NCBI GenBank assembly: GCA_038228785.1
Contig: JBBROZ010000002.1
Coordinates: forward strand, 1 to 46,939
From: Patescibacteria group bacterium
GTDB lineage: Bacteria > Patescibacteriota > Microgenomatia > Woykebacterales > JBBROZ01
Direction of reading: 5' to 3'
DNA: 46,939 nt
Shown: piece by piece, positions 15,048-24,262 of the stretch
Position numbering within the stretch: the stretch's first letter is position 1
How the letters are laid out: each line of letters begins with the position of its first letter
Program-made: the position numbers and the translations under genes
The notes under the pieces: model-generated
Told to the model about the DNA's origin: nothing
Databases searched by the model: none
What the model saw: the letters and a program-made list of their open reading frames with translations, nothing else

Positions 15048-15509
15048 ATGAATAAAGAAGAGTTCGATCCGAGACATGCCGCCAGAGTTGTCGCCCTACA
15101 GACTCTATTTGAGTGGAGCTTCAACTCTTCCGACACCGACGCCATTATCGAGCGAGACATTATGGAACTAGAAGTTCCGTCGATTGATCGTGAACTTACC
15201 CGCTTTTTGGTTAGGGGGGTCACCGACAACCTTGACACCATCGACAGTATTATTACGACCTCAGCCCCGGAATGGCCCCTGAACCAAATCGCCAAGATTG
15301 ATTTAGCGGTCCTTAGAATTGCCATCTTCGAGCTTTACATCGCTAGAAGCGTCCCACCCAAAGTGGCCATTGATGAGGCTATCGAGCTGGGCAAGCAATT
15401 TGGCGGAGAAAATTCCGGTAAATTCATCAACGGCGTCTTGGGAACAGTTGTCAAAACTCTAATGCCCGGATCCACCAAAGAGAAGAAATCTAAGAAAGGA
15501 TCATCTTGA
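15048..15509 (+). CDS. nusB: Transcription antitermination factor NusB
   Basis: 153 aa. [24 protein letters not shown] and KFINGVLG motifs typical of NusB. Confidence 0.9.
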   Translation: MNKEEFDPRHAARVVALQTLFEWSFNSSDTDAIIERDIMELEVPSIDRELTRFLVRGVTDNLDTIDSIITTSAPEWPLNQIAKIDLAVLRIAIFELYIARSVPPKVAIDEAIELGKQFGGENSGKFINGVLGTVVKTLMPGSTKEKKSKKGSS

Positions 15510-15751
15510 ACGAAGTTGCTCAAAAAATAACCGCCATCATCAGCACTCACCTGGGTGTGGAGCCCACGGAGGTCAAAGAAGGTTCTTACTTGCAAGACGA
15601 TCTAAACGCCGACCAGCTCTCCCTTGCCGATCTGGCGGTGAGCCTGGAGGAGGAATTCAAAATAAAAATTCCTTCCGAGGATTTACTGAAATTTAATACC
15701 GTTGGGGATATCATTACCTACATATCCGAACACTTAAACGAGTTAGCATGA
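15506..15751 (+). CDS. acpP: Acyl carrier protein homologue lacking the phosphopantetheine-attachment Ser (DQL instead of DSL)
   Basis: 81 aa. It aligns without gaps to E. coli ACP from LGV to LEEEF. The position of Ser36 (GADSLD) is Gln (NADQLS). It sits in the conserved rpmF...acpP-rnc neighbourhood. Confidence 0.85.
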   Translation: MNEVAQKITAIISTHLGVEPTEVKEGSYLQDDLNADQLSLADLAVSLEEEFKIKIPSEDLLKFNTVGDIITYISEHLNELA

Positions 15752-16446
15752 AACTAGACCAACTCGAACAAAAATTAGACCTCCACTTTAACGACCAGTC
15801 ACTACTTCAGACGGCTTTCATCCATCGCAGTTATCTAAATGAGAAAGCTGATTTTGAGTTGCCTAGTAACGAACGGCTGGAATTTCTAGGTGACGCGGTC
15901 TTGCAGTTAGTGGTCTCGGAGCATCTTTTTAAGGAATTTCCAAACGAGCCTGAAGGGGAGCTAACCAATTACCGGGCCTCGATCGTTAACGCCAAAACCT
16001 TATCCCTGGTTTCAGGTGAGCTAGGACTAGGCGAATACTTACTGCTCTCGAAAGGCGAAGAGGCCTCAGGCGGACGTAATCGCCCGTATTTACTGGCCAA
16101 TACCTTCGAAGCACTACTAGGAGTAATCTACTTGGACCTGGGATTAGAGGCGGCTAGGAAATTTGTGCACGCCCAGATCATTCCGCAGTTATCAAACATT
16201 ATCGAGCAGGAGCTTTATAAAGATTTCAAATCTAAACTCCAAGAACTGGCCCAGGAAAAACTCAGCCTGACTCCAATCTACAAAGTAGTCAGTGAACATG
16301 GCCCGGATCATGCCAAGCATTTTACGGTCGGGGTTTATCTAGGTGACAAAGAAGTCGGACGGGGAAGTGGCAATAGCAAGCAAGTCGCCGAGCAGGAATC
16401 CGCCAAGGCCGCGCTGGAGAGTGACATGGGGGGAATAAAAGCTTGA
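15748..16446 (+). CDS. rnc: Ribonuclease III
   Basis: 232 aa. Signature ERLEFLGDAVL, NTFEALLGVIY and a C-terminal dsRBD. Confidence 0.95.
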   Translation: MKLDQLEQKLDLHFNDQSLLQTAFIHRSYLNEKADFELPSNERLEFLGDAVLQLVVSEHLFKEFPNEPEGELTNYRASIVNAKTLSLVSGELGLGEYLLLSKGEEASGGRNRPYLLANTFEALLGVIYLDLGLEAARKFVHAQIIPQLSNIIEQELYKDFKSKLQELAQEKLSLTPIYKVVSEHGPDHAKHFTVGVYLGDKEVGRGSGNSKQVAEQESAKAALESDMGGIKA

Positions 16447-16471
16447 CCCGGAGTAATTTTGAGGTTAAACT
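16443..16471 (+). promoter_or_regulatory. Candidate rpsP promoter overlapping the rnc stop
   Basis: TTGACC (16443-16448), 17-nt spacer, TAAACT (16466-16471). The ATG at 16482 is 10 nt downstream with no SD. Confidence 0.5.
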
Positions 16472-16481
16472 AGCAACCTAA

Positions 16482-17087
16482 ATGGTTAAGATCAGATTAT
16501 CTCGAATCGGGGCCAAGGGCCAACCTTACTACCGCGTGGTAGTTGTTGACGAACGAAAAAAGCGCGATGGTCGTTTCCTAGAAATAATTGGAACTTATAA
16601 CCCAAGAACCGAGCCATCCAGTTTCGAGATCGACAAAGAGAGACTTTCTTACTGGAGAGGTGTCGGTGCCCAAGCCACTGAGCCGATATTAGTCTTACTA
16701 GGCGAAGGCAAGCCCAAGCGCCATCAGGAGAAAAACAAACAAGTCGAGCCGGTCCCAGTTACCCCCGCTCCGACAGCGACCGCTGAGGCGACCCCAACTG
16801 AGGGGGCTTCTGAAGTTGCAGTTGATGCCCCTGAGACCACCCCCGAGGCCTCACCCGAGTTAGCTAAGACTCTCGATGCTTCCCGGGACAGCTCCCCGGA
16901 AACTACTTCCGAGGTTGTCCAGGAAACCATTGAAGCTAAAGAAACCCACACTGAACAAGCCGCTTTGCAAAACGAGCCGACCACGCAAGATGAAACTGCC
17001 TCCAGCGCTGAGGTCGCCGAAGAAGTAGCCTCTGACTCCGAATCAACTAAACCCTCCGAACAAGCTAGCCCAGAACCCACGGCCTAA
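16482..17087 (+). CDS. rpsP: Ribosomal protein S16 with ~120-aa acidic Pro/Thr/Glu/Ala-rich C-terminal tail
   Basis: The first ~80 aa are S16 (MVKIRLSRIGAKGQPYYRVVVVDERKKRDGRFLE..GTYNP). The remainder is a low-complexity acidic tail. Confidence 0.9.
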   Translation: MVKIRLSRIGAKGQPYYRVVVVDERKKRDGRFLEIIGTYNPRTEPSSFEIDKERLSYWRGVGAQATEPILVLLGEGKPKRHQEKNKQVEPVPVTPAPTATAEATPTEGASEVAVDAPETTPEASPELAKTLDASRDSSPETTSEVVQETIEAKETHTEQAALQNEPTTQDETASSAEVAEEVASDSESTKPSEQASPEPTA

Positions 17088-17088
17088 T

Positions 17089-17331
17089 ATGAAAGATCTT
17101 CTAGAAAAAGTCGTTACCGGCTTTGTCGACCACCCCAAGGAAGTTAAGGTCATTGAAGCCCCATCTGAGGATGGTGGAACGACCTATCAGTTGAGCGTTC
17201 ACGCTGAAGACATGGGTAAAGTTATCGGTAAATCAGGTAAGATTGCCAAAGCCCTACGGCTCATGTTACGCATCCCCGCCATCAAAGAAGGCAAAAGAGT
17301 CAACTTAGAAATCCTCGAATCCCAAAAATAA
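17089..17331 (+). CDS. KH-domain RNA-binding protein (YlqC-like)
   Basis: 80 aa. GxxG loop in VIGKSGKIAKALR. It occupies the conserved position between rpsP and trmD. Confidence 0.85.
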   Translation: MKDLLEKVVTGFVDHPKEVKVIEAPSEDGGTTYQLSVHAEDMGKVIGKSGKIAKALRLMLRIPAIKEGKRVNLEILESQK

Positions 17332-17997
17332 ATGAAAATCACCATTTTATCCCTTTTCCCCGACAGCTTTAGCGGGTTTCTTAGTGGTTCGATGATTGGC
17401 CGAGCCCAGAAAAAAGGCTTGGCCCAGATTGAGAATGTAAACTTGAGGGATTTCGCTACTGATTCCTACGGCAGTATCGACGATAAACCCTACGGTGGGG
17501 GAGCTGGGATGGTGTTAAGAGTTGATATCTTGGTAGCGGCCTTAAAGAAATATCAAACCCCAGTCTCTAAAACTATCTTGCTAACCCCGCAAGGCCACCC
17601 GCTAACCCAAGCTAAGGTGCGAGAGTTAGCCCAGTCGGAACACTTAGTTCTCATCGCCGGGCACTACGAAGGCTTCGACGAGCGCATCAGGGATTATGTT
17701 GATCTTGAGATCTCGATCGGGGATTATGTCTTAACGGGTGGGGAGTTACCAGCCGCCGTCGTAACGGACGCCGTGGTAAGACTCCTACCAGGAGTATTGG
17801 GCAATGACGACTCGCCAATTTACGAATCCTTTAGCGATGGACTATTGGAACACCCCCATTACACCAGGCCGGCAGAATTTGAGGGTAAGAAAGTTCCTGA
17901 AATCCTGATATCTGGAAATCACGCCGAAATCGCCAAGTGGCGAACGGAGCAGTCGAAGTTGCGAACTGCTTCCAGGCGACCTGATCTCATAAAATAA
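17332..17997 (+). CDS. trmD: tRNA (guanine37-N1)-methyltransferase
   Basis: 221 aa. ITILSLFP, YGGGAGMVL, GHYEGFDERI and IGDYVLTGGELPA. Confidence 0.95.
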   Translation: MKITILSLFPDSFSGFLSGSMIGRAQKKGLAQIENVNLRDFATDSYGSIDDKPYGGGAGMVLRVDILVAALKKYQTPVSKTILLTPQGHPLTQAKVRELAQSEHLVLIAGHYEGFDERIRDYVDLEISIGDYVLTGGELPAAVVTDAVVRLLPGVLGNDDSPIYESFSDGLLEHPHYTRPAEFEGKKVPEILISGNHAEIAKWRTEQSKLRTASRRPDLIK

Positions 17998-18000
17998 TTT

Positions 18001-18708
18001 TTATTGTCCGGAAAATGGATCACTGCGACCCGATACTGACGGAGTCGTCGAAGCGGGGGCCGCGTAGATGGTTCTTTTTTGCAAATCAACCAACAGCTTT
18101 TCTTGCAAGGCGTTACGTTCGGGAAGAGAGTCTTCTAAATTAGCCGAGATATTGGCCAAAGGTTCGTAGTAACCTGTGATAGTGAGATCGGCTGATAATT
18201 TTTTGTCCTCACTGACATTGATGCTGATCGACTTCACCACCATCACCCGTCGGGCCGTCTCGATGCTGGTCAGGAAACCTTTGATATTAGCGAAGCCGCC
18301 TTTTATGATCACCTGGAAATTTAACGAGTTCTTTTCGCCTTTGGCAGCTGAAGTCACAAGTTGAGCGGTATCGACACTAGCCCCTGCTTTACCGGCAATC
18401 AAACTAAATTCGCCCAAAAACCCAGCTACATCCTTGTCGGATGGGATTGCGCCCGTCGTATTGACCAGCTCGCTAGTCAGCTTGGCCTGGTCCAGACCCT
18501 GCAAGGCTTTAGACTTAGTGTCCAGCGACTGCGATTTAACTCCGTCGGCGTCGGCTTGAGATTTGATCGTAACGATATCATTAATATTTGGCAACAGTAG
18601 AGTGAGAGCTATACCTAGTCCTATCACGGAAGCCCCGATGGGTAGGGCGTAGGGCAGGTAGGGCTGGTAGCGCGCTGGGATGCGGGCTTGCCAATCAGTT
18701 AGATTCAC
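18001..18708 (-). CDS. pilO: T4P alignment protein, PilO-like
   Basis: 235 aa. It has a single N-terminal TM helix, then a coiled coil and an alpha/beta C-domain. It lies immediately after pilN, with overlap. The call rests on architecture and synteny. Confidence 0.7.
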   Translation of the reverse strand: MNLTDWQARIPARYQPYLPYALPIGASVIGLGIALTLLLPNINDIVTIKSQADADGVKSQSLDTKSKALQGLDQAKLTSELVNTTGAIPSDKDVAGFLGEFSLIAGKAGASVDTAQLVTSAAKGEKNSLNFQVIIKGGFANIKGFLTSIETARRVMVVKSISINVSEDKKLSADLTITGYYEPLANISANLEDSLPERNALQEKLLVDLQKRTIYAAPASTTPSVSGRSDPFSGQ

Positions 18709-19265
18709 GGGGCCCCCTTCCTGGTCATAGATAAGGAGAAGCGGTAATCACCCTGCTTACCTCCACCGGCCACCGATATAATCTCGACATTACTGAATTT
18801 AGCGCCGCCTTTTTGGGGATCTTTTAAGACGTTAACAAAATCTCCAAAATTAGCCGGGGAAGAAGCTAATCCGGCCAAGGCTAATTTTCCGGCTGAATCA
18901 AATGACAGCGAGGTCAGAGTAACCCCATTCGGGGTAAAAGCGGCGATATCATCCAAAAGAGTTGAGAATTTGGGGTAATTGGCCAAAACTGACTGCAGAC
19001 GAATCAGTTTATTGTTGACGGTGCGATCTAGAATCTCCACTGATTTAAGACCAGTGATAGCTTTGCTGGAGGCATCGATTTTAGTTTGAAAAGCGGTGTC
19101 CTGGCTACGAAAGTAAGCGGCTCCAGCGTAACTTCCCAGCGTTAGAATGATAATAACGAGTAGAATCCCGGCCGAAGAAAGGGCTAGGACTTGTTTGCGC
19201 TGTTTGGTTCGTTCTTCTTCTCGGCCCTCTTCGGGCAGAAGATTTATTCCTGGGCTACTGGGCAA
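18705..19265 (-). CDS. pilN: T4P alignment protein PilN
   Basis: 186 aa. Conserved N-terminal INLLP motif, one TM helix, and a TTG start with a GAGGTG SD. Confidence 0.75.
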   Translation of the reverse strand: MPSSPGINLLPEEGREEERTKQRKQVLALSSAGILLVIIILTLGSYAGAAYFRSQDTAFQTKIDASSKAITGLKSVEILDRTVNNKLIRLQSVLANYPKFSTLLDDIAAFTPNGVTLTSLSFDSAGKLALAGLASSPANFGDFVNVLKDPQKGGAKFSNVEIISVAGGGKQGDYRFSLSMTRKGAP

Positions 19266-19327
19266 GAGGCACCTCGCTTTGTTCTTCCTTTAGGTTACCA
19301 GAGAGGGAGTAGTCGGGCAAGCCCTCG

Positions 19328-20371
19328 CTAGTTCGCAGAGAAATCTTTCTGGGCTAATCCAACGGCGATTGCGTAGAAGGCCCCGTCATCTTTGAATTCT
19401 GTTCCTAAGGCCGGGTTAAATGATAAGTCCTGCCAGGGATCGCCCAGCTGTCCTTCTAGACCCGTCAGCTCGGCCAGGTAGGGGATAAGGCCCGGCATTT
19501 TAGCACTTCCACCAGTCACCACCACTCTTTTGATGCTATCTTCAACGTGCTTGCCAGACCAAAAAGCAATGGCTCGCTTGACCTCGTTGCCAACCACATC
19601 AAAAATCGGTTTGATGGCGGAGGCGATCTTTCCTTCCAACTGCGTCGCGTCTAGACCGTAACTACGCTTGTATTCCTCAGCTTGGGAGGTCTCAAACCCC
19701 AGGTCTTGGGCAATGGCCCTGGTAAAAGCCAGCCCACCCGTGGCGATGGAGCGGGTAAAGACGATTTTTTTACTGCTGATCACTGATAGTTCGGTCGTCG
19801 AGGCGCCAATCTCTAGCATGAGAGTAGTCGGAGCGAATTGACTAGTTTCAAGTAAGGCCCTCGACGAAGCCGTGATCTCAGTTTCTAGGGCGTGTGGCTT
19901 AAGACCGGCCAAGTTTAGGATCTTAAGGTAACGGTTGATCAATACGTTAGGCGCTGCCACCAGTAACACTTCCATCTTTTTATCGGTTTGCCCGGCCTCG
20001 GGGCGTGTTAGAACCTGATAGTCGAGCTTGACGTCGCTCAAGGGGATCGGAATGTACTGCTCGGCTTCGTATTTGATTGCCGACTGGAGCTCGGAATCCG
20101 TCAGGGCGGACATCTCAATGACGCGGGTGAAGATTTGGGATTCAGGTAAGGAGGCCACGACGAAAGAGGTTGAGATCTTTGCTTCGCGGACCAGATTGCG
20201 AATCGACTCCGCCAGGGAGTGTTGATCAGCCTCTGATTCCGATAGAGCCCCGCGACTGGGAGTCGGGGCCATCCCAAGAGCCGTTAGTTCGTGTTTCCCA
20301 GATATTGGTTTAATTTCTGCAATTTTGATGAGCGTGGAGCCAATATCGAGGCCAAAGGTTGGGACAGACAT
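19328..20371 (-). CDS. pilM: T4P assembly ATPase-fold protein PilM
   Basis: Actin-like motifs FGLDIGSTLIKIAEI, LEIGASTTELSV and VVVTGGSAKMPGL. The start was moved to ATG 20371 (MSVPTFGLDIG), which removes the overlap with the upstream gene. Confidence 0.9.
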   Translation of the reverse strand: MSVPTFGLDIGSTLIKIAEIKPISGKHELTALGMAPTPSRGALSESEADQHSLAESIRNLVREAKISTSFVVASLPESQIFTRVIEMSALTDSELQSAIKYEAEQYIPIPLSDVKLDYQVLTRPEAGQTDKKMEVLLVAAPNVLINRYLKILNLAGLKPHALETEITASSRALLETSQFAPTTLMLEIGASTTELSVISSKKIVFTRSIATGGLAFTRAIAQDLGFETSQAEEYKRSYGLDATQLEGKIASAIKPIFDVVGNEVKRAIAFWSGKHVEDSIKRVVVTGGSAKMPGLIPYLAELTGLEGQLGDPWQDLSFNPALGTEFKDDGAFYAIAVGLAQKDFSAN

Positions 20372-20411
20372 ATAGGCTAATTGTAACCTGGTGGCAGGTT
20401 GGTGGCAACCA

Positions 20412-22262
20412 TCATGGGGCAAGCTCGATCCATCTTAAACGCAAACTTCCAGCCAACAGGTTGGCTAAGGCCGCGTTGCCGAAAATGGCCGTAGATAGGA
20501 TGAATTTATCGGCTGGGGTCGTCGAATTGGTAGATTTACCAAGGTCCCGATTGAGATCGTAGCCACCCATCGCCCAAGATGATCCATTAACGGTCAATTG
20601 ATTATTACCCGGCCCTCCGTTGTGATCGTCAAACTTGCCTTGTGAAAAGTACAGCCCGGCCATATTCTTGACCCCGCCGTCGACTAAAACATCACCACTA
20701 ACTACAAAAACGTAAGCCGAGGTAGGTTTCATGGCAAAATCGTAATAAACGGACAAATTGCCGTCAAAGAAGATAACCGCCGACACATCGGACGTAGCCA
20801 CACCTGCCGGCAAGGTGCCGCTGTCGATAGTGAAGTTGGAAGTAACTTTGTAGTATCCGGACCCGCTCCCGGGAAGCTTCCCACCGGGTAGAGCAAGGGA
20901 GGTGGCATAATATTTGGAACGCCAATCAGTATAAAGCTGGCTAGCCGCCAAGCCGAGCGGATAGTAGCTAAGTAACCAGTTTTTGGCGCTGGTAAGATTA
21001 CTGATTGATCCGGCCGAGCTGACTAGGTAGTCGGCGGTGGAGATAGAGGAGGGAGCGATATTGCCAACCGAGTGGATATCGCCGCCCTGAGTCTGAAACC
21101 AGGCCGAATTCAGGCACTGATCTCTGGAGCTAGTGTTGCCAGCGACATCCTGTATCTGGAAACGAAATTTCTTATTACATCCGGAGAAATCACTATTACA
21201 AAAATCGATATTGGGAGTCGACATGGTCGTGGAAACGGCCCCAGACCCGGACGGGTTTTGGGTGGTAGCTAGAAATTCGTCGGCAATCCAGGGGGAATTG
21301 CATTTGGTAACGTCGCTATGATGTCCCCAGGTAGTTCCCCCGTCTAACGAATACTGATACTGCCCAGTCGGAGTGGCTAACCCCGATAAACTATCATCAA
21401 CTGTAATATTGAAGCTAAAGGTATGGTCATTACCCCCATCGATTTGTTGAAAGTTGCGCCAATTGGCCGGACCCTGAGTGTCAAGCTTAAAATTAATATT
21501 TCTGGGCGCCTCTGCGACCCCGTCATTATTGGTTGCGAAATAGCTTAGGCTGTGACTACCATTGCTAGAAACTACGAAACCAACCTCAGGGGATAGCGGC
21601 TGTTCGGATAGTACAGCCCCGTCAAAGTTGACCGTTCCCGGCCCATCAATCCCTAGTTTAGGGAAGTATGATCCGGTAATAAGCGGGGAATAGCTAAGCT
21701 GCAAGCGCACCCAATTGCCCTGAGTCCCAGTCAGTGATGGGCTAGCCGAAGTATCTAAAAGCAACTTGACCCCATTTCCCAAAACGGAAGAGTATTTAAC
21801 CCAGACCGATAAGGTGTAGTTATGTCCGCTCGTCAGCAGGATTCCATTTTGGGTCTGCCAGTCTTTGTAACCTACATTGCTAGAGACTATCTTAACTGAG
21901 TTAGTGTCGAATTTGGCTGTCTGGAAGTCCTGAGAAAAAGTGGCCGAACCGGAGACCACCCAGCCGGTGACCGCGCCCGCTTCAAAGGATGGGTTGGGTA
22001 GGACGTTAACACCACTAGTAAAACTCTGGACGGTTTGGGCTCCATCTAGATTGTAAGTAATTGACTGGACCCCTGATTCCAGGTCGTCTGAGGCAATATC
22101 GACTGCTACGGTCGAGGTATACCAACCGTTATTGCCCAGGTTGCCGGTCAGAGTAGTGGTCGTAATGGGTGGGGTGCCGTCAGCTGCTCTGACGTTAAAC
22201 GAGGCGATTAGAAAAGCTACAGTTATGGGGAAAATTAAGAGTACTCGGGCAGTCCAGCGCAT
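20412..22262 (-). CDS. Secreted multidomain protein (616 aa): Ig-like modules, CBM-like beta-sandwich, conserved C-terminal domain
   Basis: Sec signal peptide (…FNVRA/ADG). Ig-like modules with NGWYTSTVAV...LDG and SLSG...YSLDGGTTWG motifs. A CBM4/9-like NPSFEAGAVTGW segment. The C-terminal 231 aa are homologous to the C-terminus of the 639-aa protein. Confidence 0.8.
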   Translation of the reverse strand: MRWTARVLLIFPITVAFLIASFNVRAADGTPPITTTTLTGNLGNNGWYTSTVAVDIASDDLESGVQSITYNLDGAQTVQSFTSGVNVLPNPSFEAGAVTGWVVSGSATFSQDFQTAKFDTNSVKIVSSNVGYKDWQTQNGILLTSGHNYTLSVWVKYSSVLGNGVKLLLDTSASPSLTGTQGNWVRLQLSYSPLITGSYFPKLGIDGPGTVNFDGAVLSEQPLSPEVGFVVSSNGSHSLSYFATNNDGVAEAPRNINFKLDTQGPANWRNFQQIDGGNDHTFSFNITVDDSLSGLATPTGQYQYSLDGGTTWGHHSDVTKCNSPWIADEFLATTQNPSGSGAVSTTMSTPNIDFCNSDFSGCNKKFRFQIQDVAGNTSSRDQCLNSAWFQTQGGDIHSVGNIAPSSISTADYLVSSAGSISNLTSAKNWLLSYYPLGLAASQLYTDWRSKYYATSLALPGGKLPGSGSGYYKVTSNFTIDSGTLPAGVATSDVSAVIFFDGNLSVYYDFAMKPTSAYVFVVSGDVLVDGGVKNMAGLYFSQGKFDDHNGGPGNNQLTVNGSSWAMGGYDLNRDLGKSTNSTTPADKFILSTAIFGNAALANLLAGSLRLRWIELAP

Positions 22263-22276
22263 AAATTAATCATACC

Positions 22277-22450
22277 TTACTTGACTGGTAGACCGGAGGC
22301 ACTGGCAGTATGGCTAGACGTGCAAGTAATAGTTTTGGGAACGGAAGTTATTTTACTAAGCTGATCGTAGGCCACCGAGTAACCGATTAATCCGGCGGTG
22401 AGACCTACCAGGAATAGGACGATAAAGCTGAGCGATCGTTCAAGAAGCAT
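22277..22450 (-). CDS. Possible 57-aa membrane micro-protein in the T4P operon
   Basis: Hand translation gives MLLERSLSFIVLFLVGLTAGLIGYSVAYDQLSKITSVPKTITCTSSHTASASGLPVK. It fills the only gap in the operon. It has one TM helix and no clear SD. Confidence 0.3.
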   Translation of the reverse strand: MLLERSLSFIVLFLVGLTAGLIGYSVAYDQLSKITSVPKTITCTSSHTASASGLPVK

Positions 22451-22456
22451 GAGGTG

Positions 22457-23296
22457 TCATTTGCTTAAGGGGTTGGTACTACCGTTAAACAAGACGTAAT
22501 CAAATATAGCGGGTAGGGAAGGGATCGCTCTGGTCACCTGAACTACTCTGGTCGCGGTATTGCCGGCGACTCCTCGGGAGGTGATGACATAACTTTGAGA
22601 TGGCAGCCCTGAGCCGGTAACGTTGATCGTGGTCTTATTGTAGAGGGGCCGCAGGCGCAGGGAAACGGCGTTGTCTGAGCTGGCGACGCTGACGGTCAGT
22701 TTATTGTGATATTTGGCGTCATCCGAAGTTGCCAAGTTAGTCACGGGACTGTCGCTGGCGCCAGTCGGCGTAAAATTATTACTGCGCGGATCAGCATTGA
22801 CGGCGTATTTACTAAGCGTGAAAACCCCGGCGCTGTTTTTGACCTCAGTCAGCTCCAGTGAAGCCCTTGATCCACCGGTATTCTCGGTAGTATCAGCCGT
22901 CGAGACCCAGTAGACATTGAGGGTCCCACTAAATCCTGACAGGTTGATTTGCACCGAATTATCCTGGACCACGGTTTGGGTGAAGGTTGGGGATTTGGCG
23001 ACGGTATACGAATAGGTGGTCAAATTATCGGTCGGGAACTTGGCCGCTGGAGCGCTATAAGTCCCGCTAGCCGTGATAGTCGCTAGATTTTGGCGCAGGG
23101 CTTCCTCAACTCCAGCCTCGGCGGCTGCGAAGGCCCGACTACTCTGATCGGAATTAGTCGAACTTTGTAAATCTTTGATCGTCCTAGTCGATAACGAAAG
23201 CCCGATCGTTAATCCGACTAGTAGTAAGATGAACACAAATACGGCCGTTTGGCCTGACTCTTTGATGGACATTAGTTTTATTTTACTACTTGGCAT
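22457..23296 (-). CDS. PilX-like pilus assembly protein (non-canonical minor pilin)
   Basis: 279 aa. Hydrophobic N-terminus GQTAVFVFILLLVGLTIGL followed by AFAAAEAGVEEAL, typical of PilX N-terminal domains. There is no Glu at +5. Confidence 0.65.
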   Translation of the reverse strand: MPSSKIKLMSIKESGQTAVFVFILLLVGLTIGLSLSTRTIKDLQSSTNSDQSSRAFAAAEAGVEEALRQNLATITASGTYSAPAAKFPTDNLTTYSYTVAKSPTFTQTVVQDNSVQINLSGFSGTLNVYWVSTADTTENTGGSRASLELTEVKNSAGVFTLSKYAVNADPRSNNFTPTGASDSPVTNLATSDDAKYHNKLTVSVASSDNAVSLRLRPLYNKTTINVTGSGLPSQSYVITSRGVAGNTATRVVQVTRAIPSLPAIFDYVLFNGSTNPLSK

Positions 23297-23825
23297 AACT
23301 TCTTATCTCCACTAGTTGACTAAAGGTTTGATTGCCGATGTACTCCGAATGAAGGGCTGAACCGGTGGTCTTAAGGACCATCACCACTCGAACTGTGGTC
23401 GGGGCGCTCCCAGTGGGTGGAGTAACGTCAAAGTAACTCTCGCCCACGGCCGGGTTGTTACAACTAGAACTAACTACTATTTTGCTAGTATTTACCTGGT
23501 TGGCATCTTTGGTCAGATTGCCGCAGTTGAAAGCGTAAACGCTGGTCGTTCCTCCCGAAGTGACCGAGATCGAGCCGACTTTCCCACTTCCCGTAATAAT
23601 ATCGGCGACTCTAAGAGCCCGCACCGTCGTTTCCATCATGTACTGACCATTCCCACGAATGTCGTTGGCCACGGTAGCTTTAACATTGGAGTTGATGATC
23701 TGGACAAATAAGGCCGAGATGAGCGTTAGCAAAATCCCGGTCACGGCGATAACGGCCGTCAGCTCAATCAGTGTAAACCCAGACTGGGATTTGAGCGGCC
23801 GAAGTAAGTTTTTCACGGGGCCCAC
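23286..23825 (-). CDS. Prepilin-type minor pilin
   Basis: 179 aa. Class III signal with cleavage/methylation motif G/FTLIELTAVIAV (Phe+1, Glu+5). Confidence 0.8.
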   Translation of the reverse strand: MGPVKNLLRPLKSQSGFTLIELTAVIAVTGILLTLISALFVQIINSNVKATVANDIRGNGQYMMETTVRALRVADIITGSGKVGSISVTSGGTTSVYAFNCGNLTKDANQVNTSKIVVSSSCNNPAVGESYFDVTPPTGSAPTTVRVVMVLKTTGSALHSEYIGNQTFSQLVEIRSYAK

Positions 23826-24262
23826 TTGGTCAGATAGCTAACCAGCTGAACGACTTCGTTTTTGCCTTTGTCGATCCATTTGACCTGAACGTCGACTTGG
23901 ACCCGGTCATTATTGGTAGTGGGGGAGCTGGCGTTGGTAAACCTGATCTCTCTAGTGTAAACCGAGGTAATTCCCGTGTCAGTTGAGGTAACCAGCGTAT
24001 TGTTGGTTCCGATATGCCAAACACTGGCGTTGACGTAGGTCGGATAGAAACTCGCCCAGCTATTCTTATCCCTAGTCAACCTGGCCACTTCTAACCCCTC
24101 CTCAGCATACCTGGTAGCAGTGGTGCGGGATTTAGCAGCGGTCGATGAGGCGATGGCCGAAACCACCATCCCTACGATCGCCGAGACGATGACCGAAGCT
24201 AGGCCAATGGCCACTACCGATTCCACTAAAGTTGACCCGCGCTGGCTCCTAAGTAAGCTCAT
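23813..24262 (-). CDS. Prepilin-type minor pilin (Ser at +1)
   Basis: 149 aa. QRG/STLVESVVAIGLASVIV with Glu+5. Confidence 0.75.
   Translation of the reverse strand: MSLLRSQRGSTLVESVVAIGLASVIVSAIVGMVVSAIASSTAAKSRTTATRYAEEGLEVARLTRDKNSWASFYPTYVNASVWHIGTNNTLVTSTDTGITSVYTREIRFTNASSPTTNNDRVQVDVQVKWIDKGKNEVVQLVSYLTKWAP

Noticed and set aside
16724-17080. 118-aa antisense ORF within the rpsP tail.
   Set aside because: It is a shadow ORF produced by the biased (GC-rich, stop-poor) low-complexity tail of S16.
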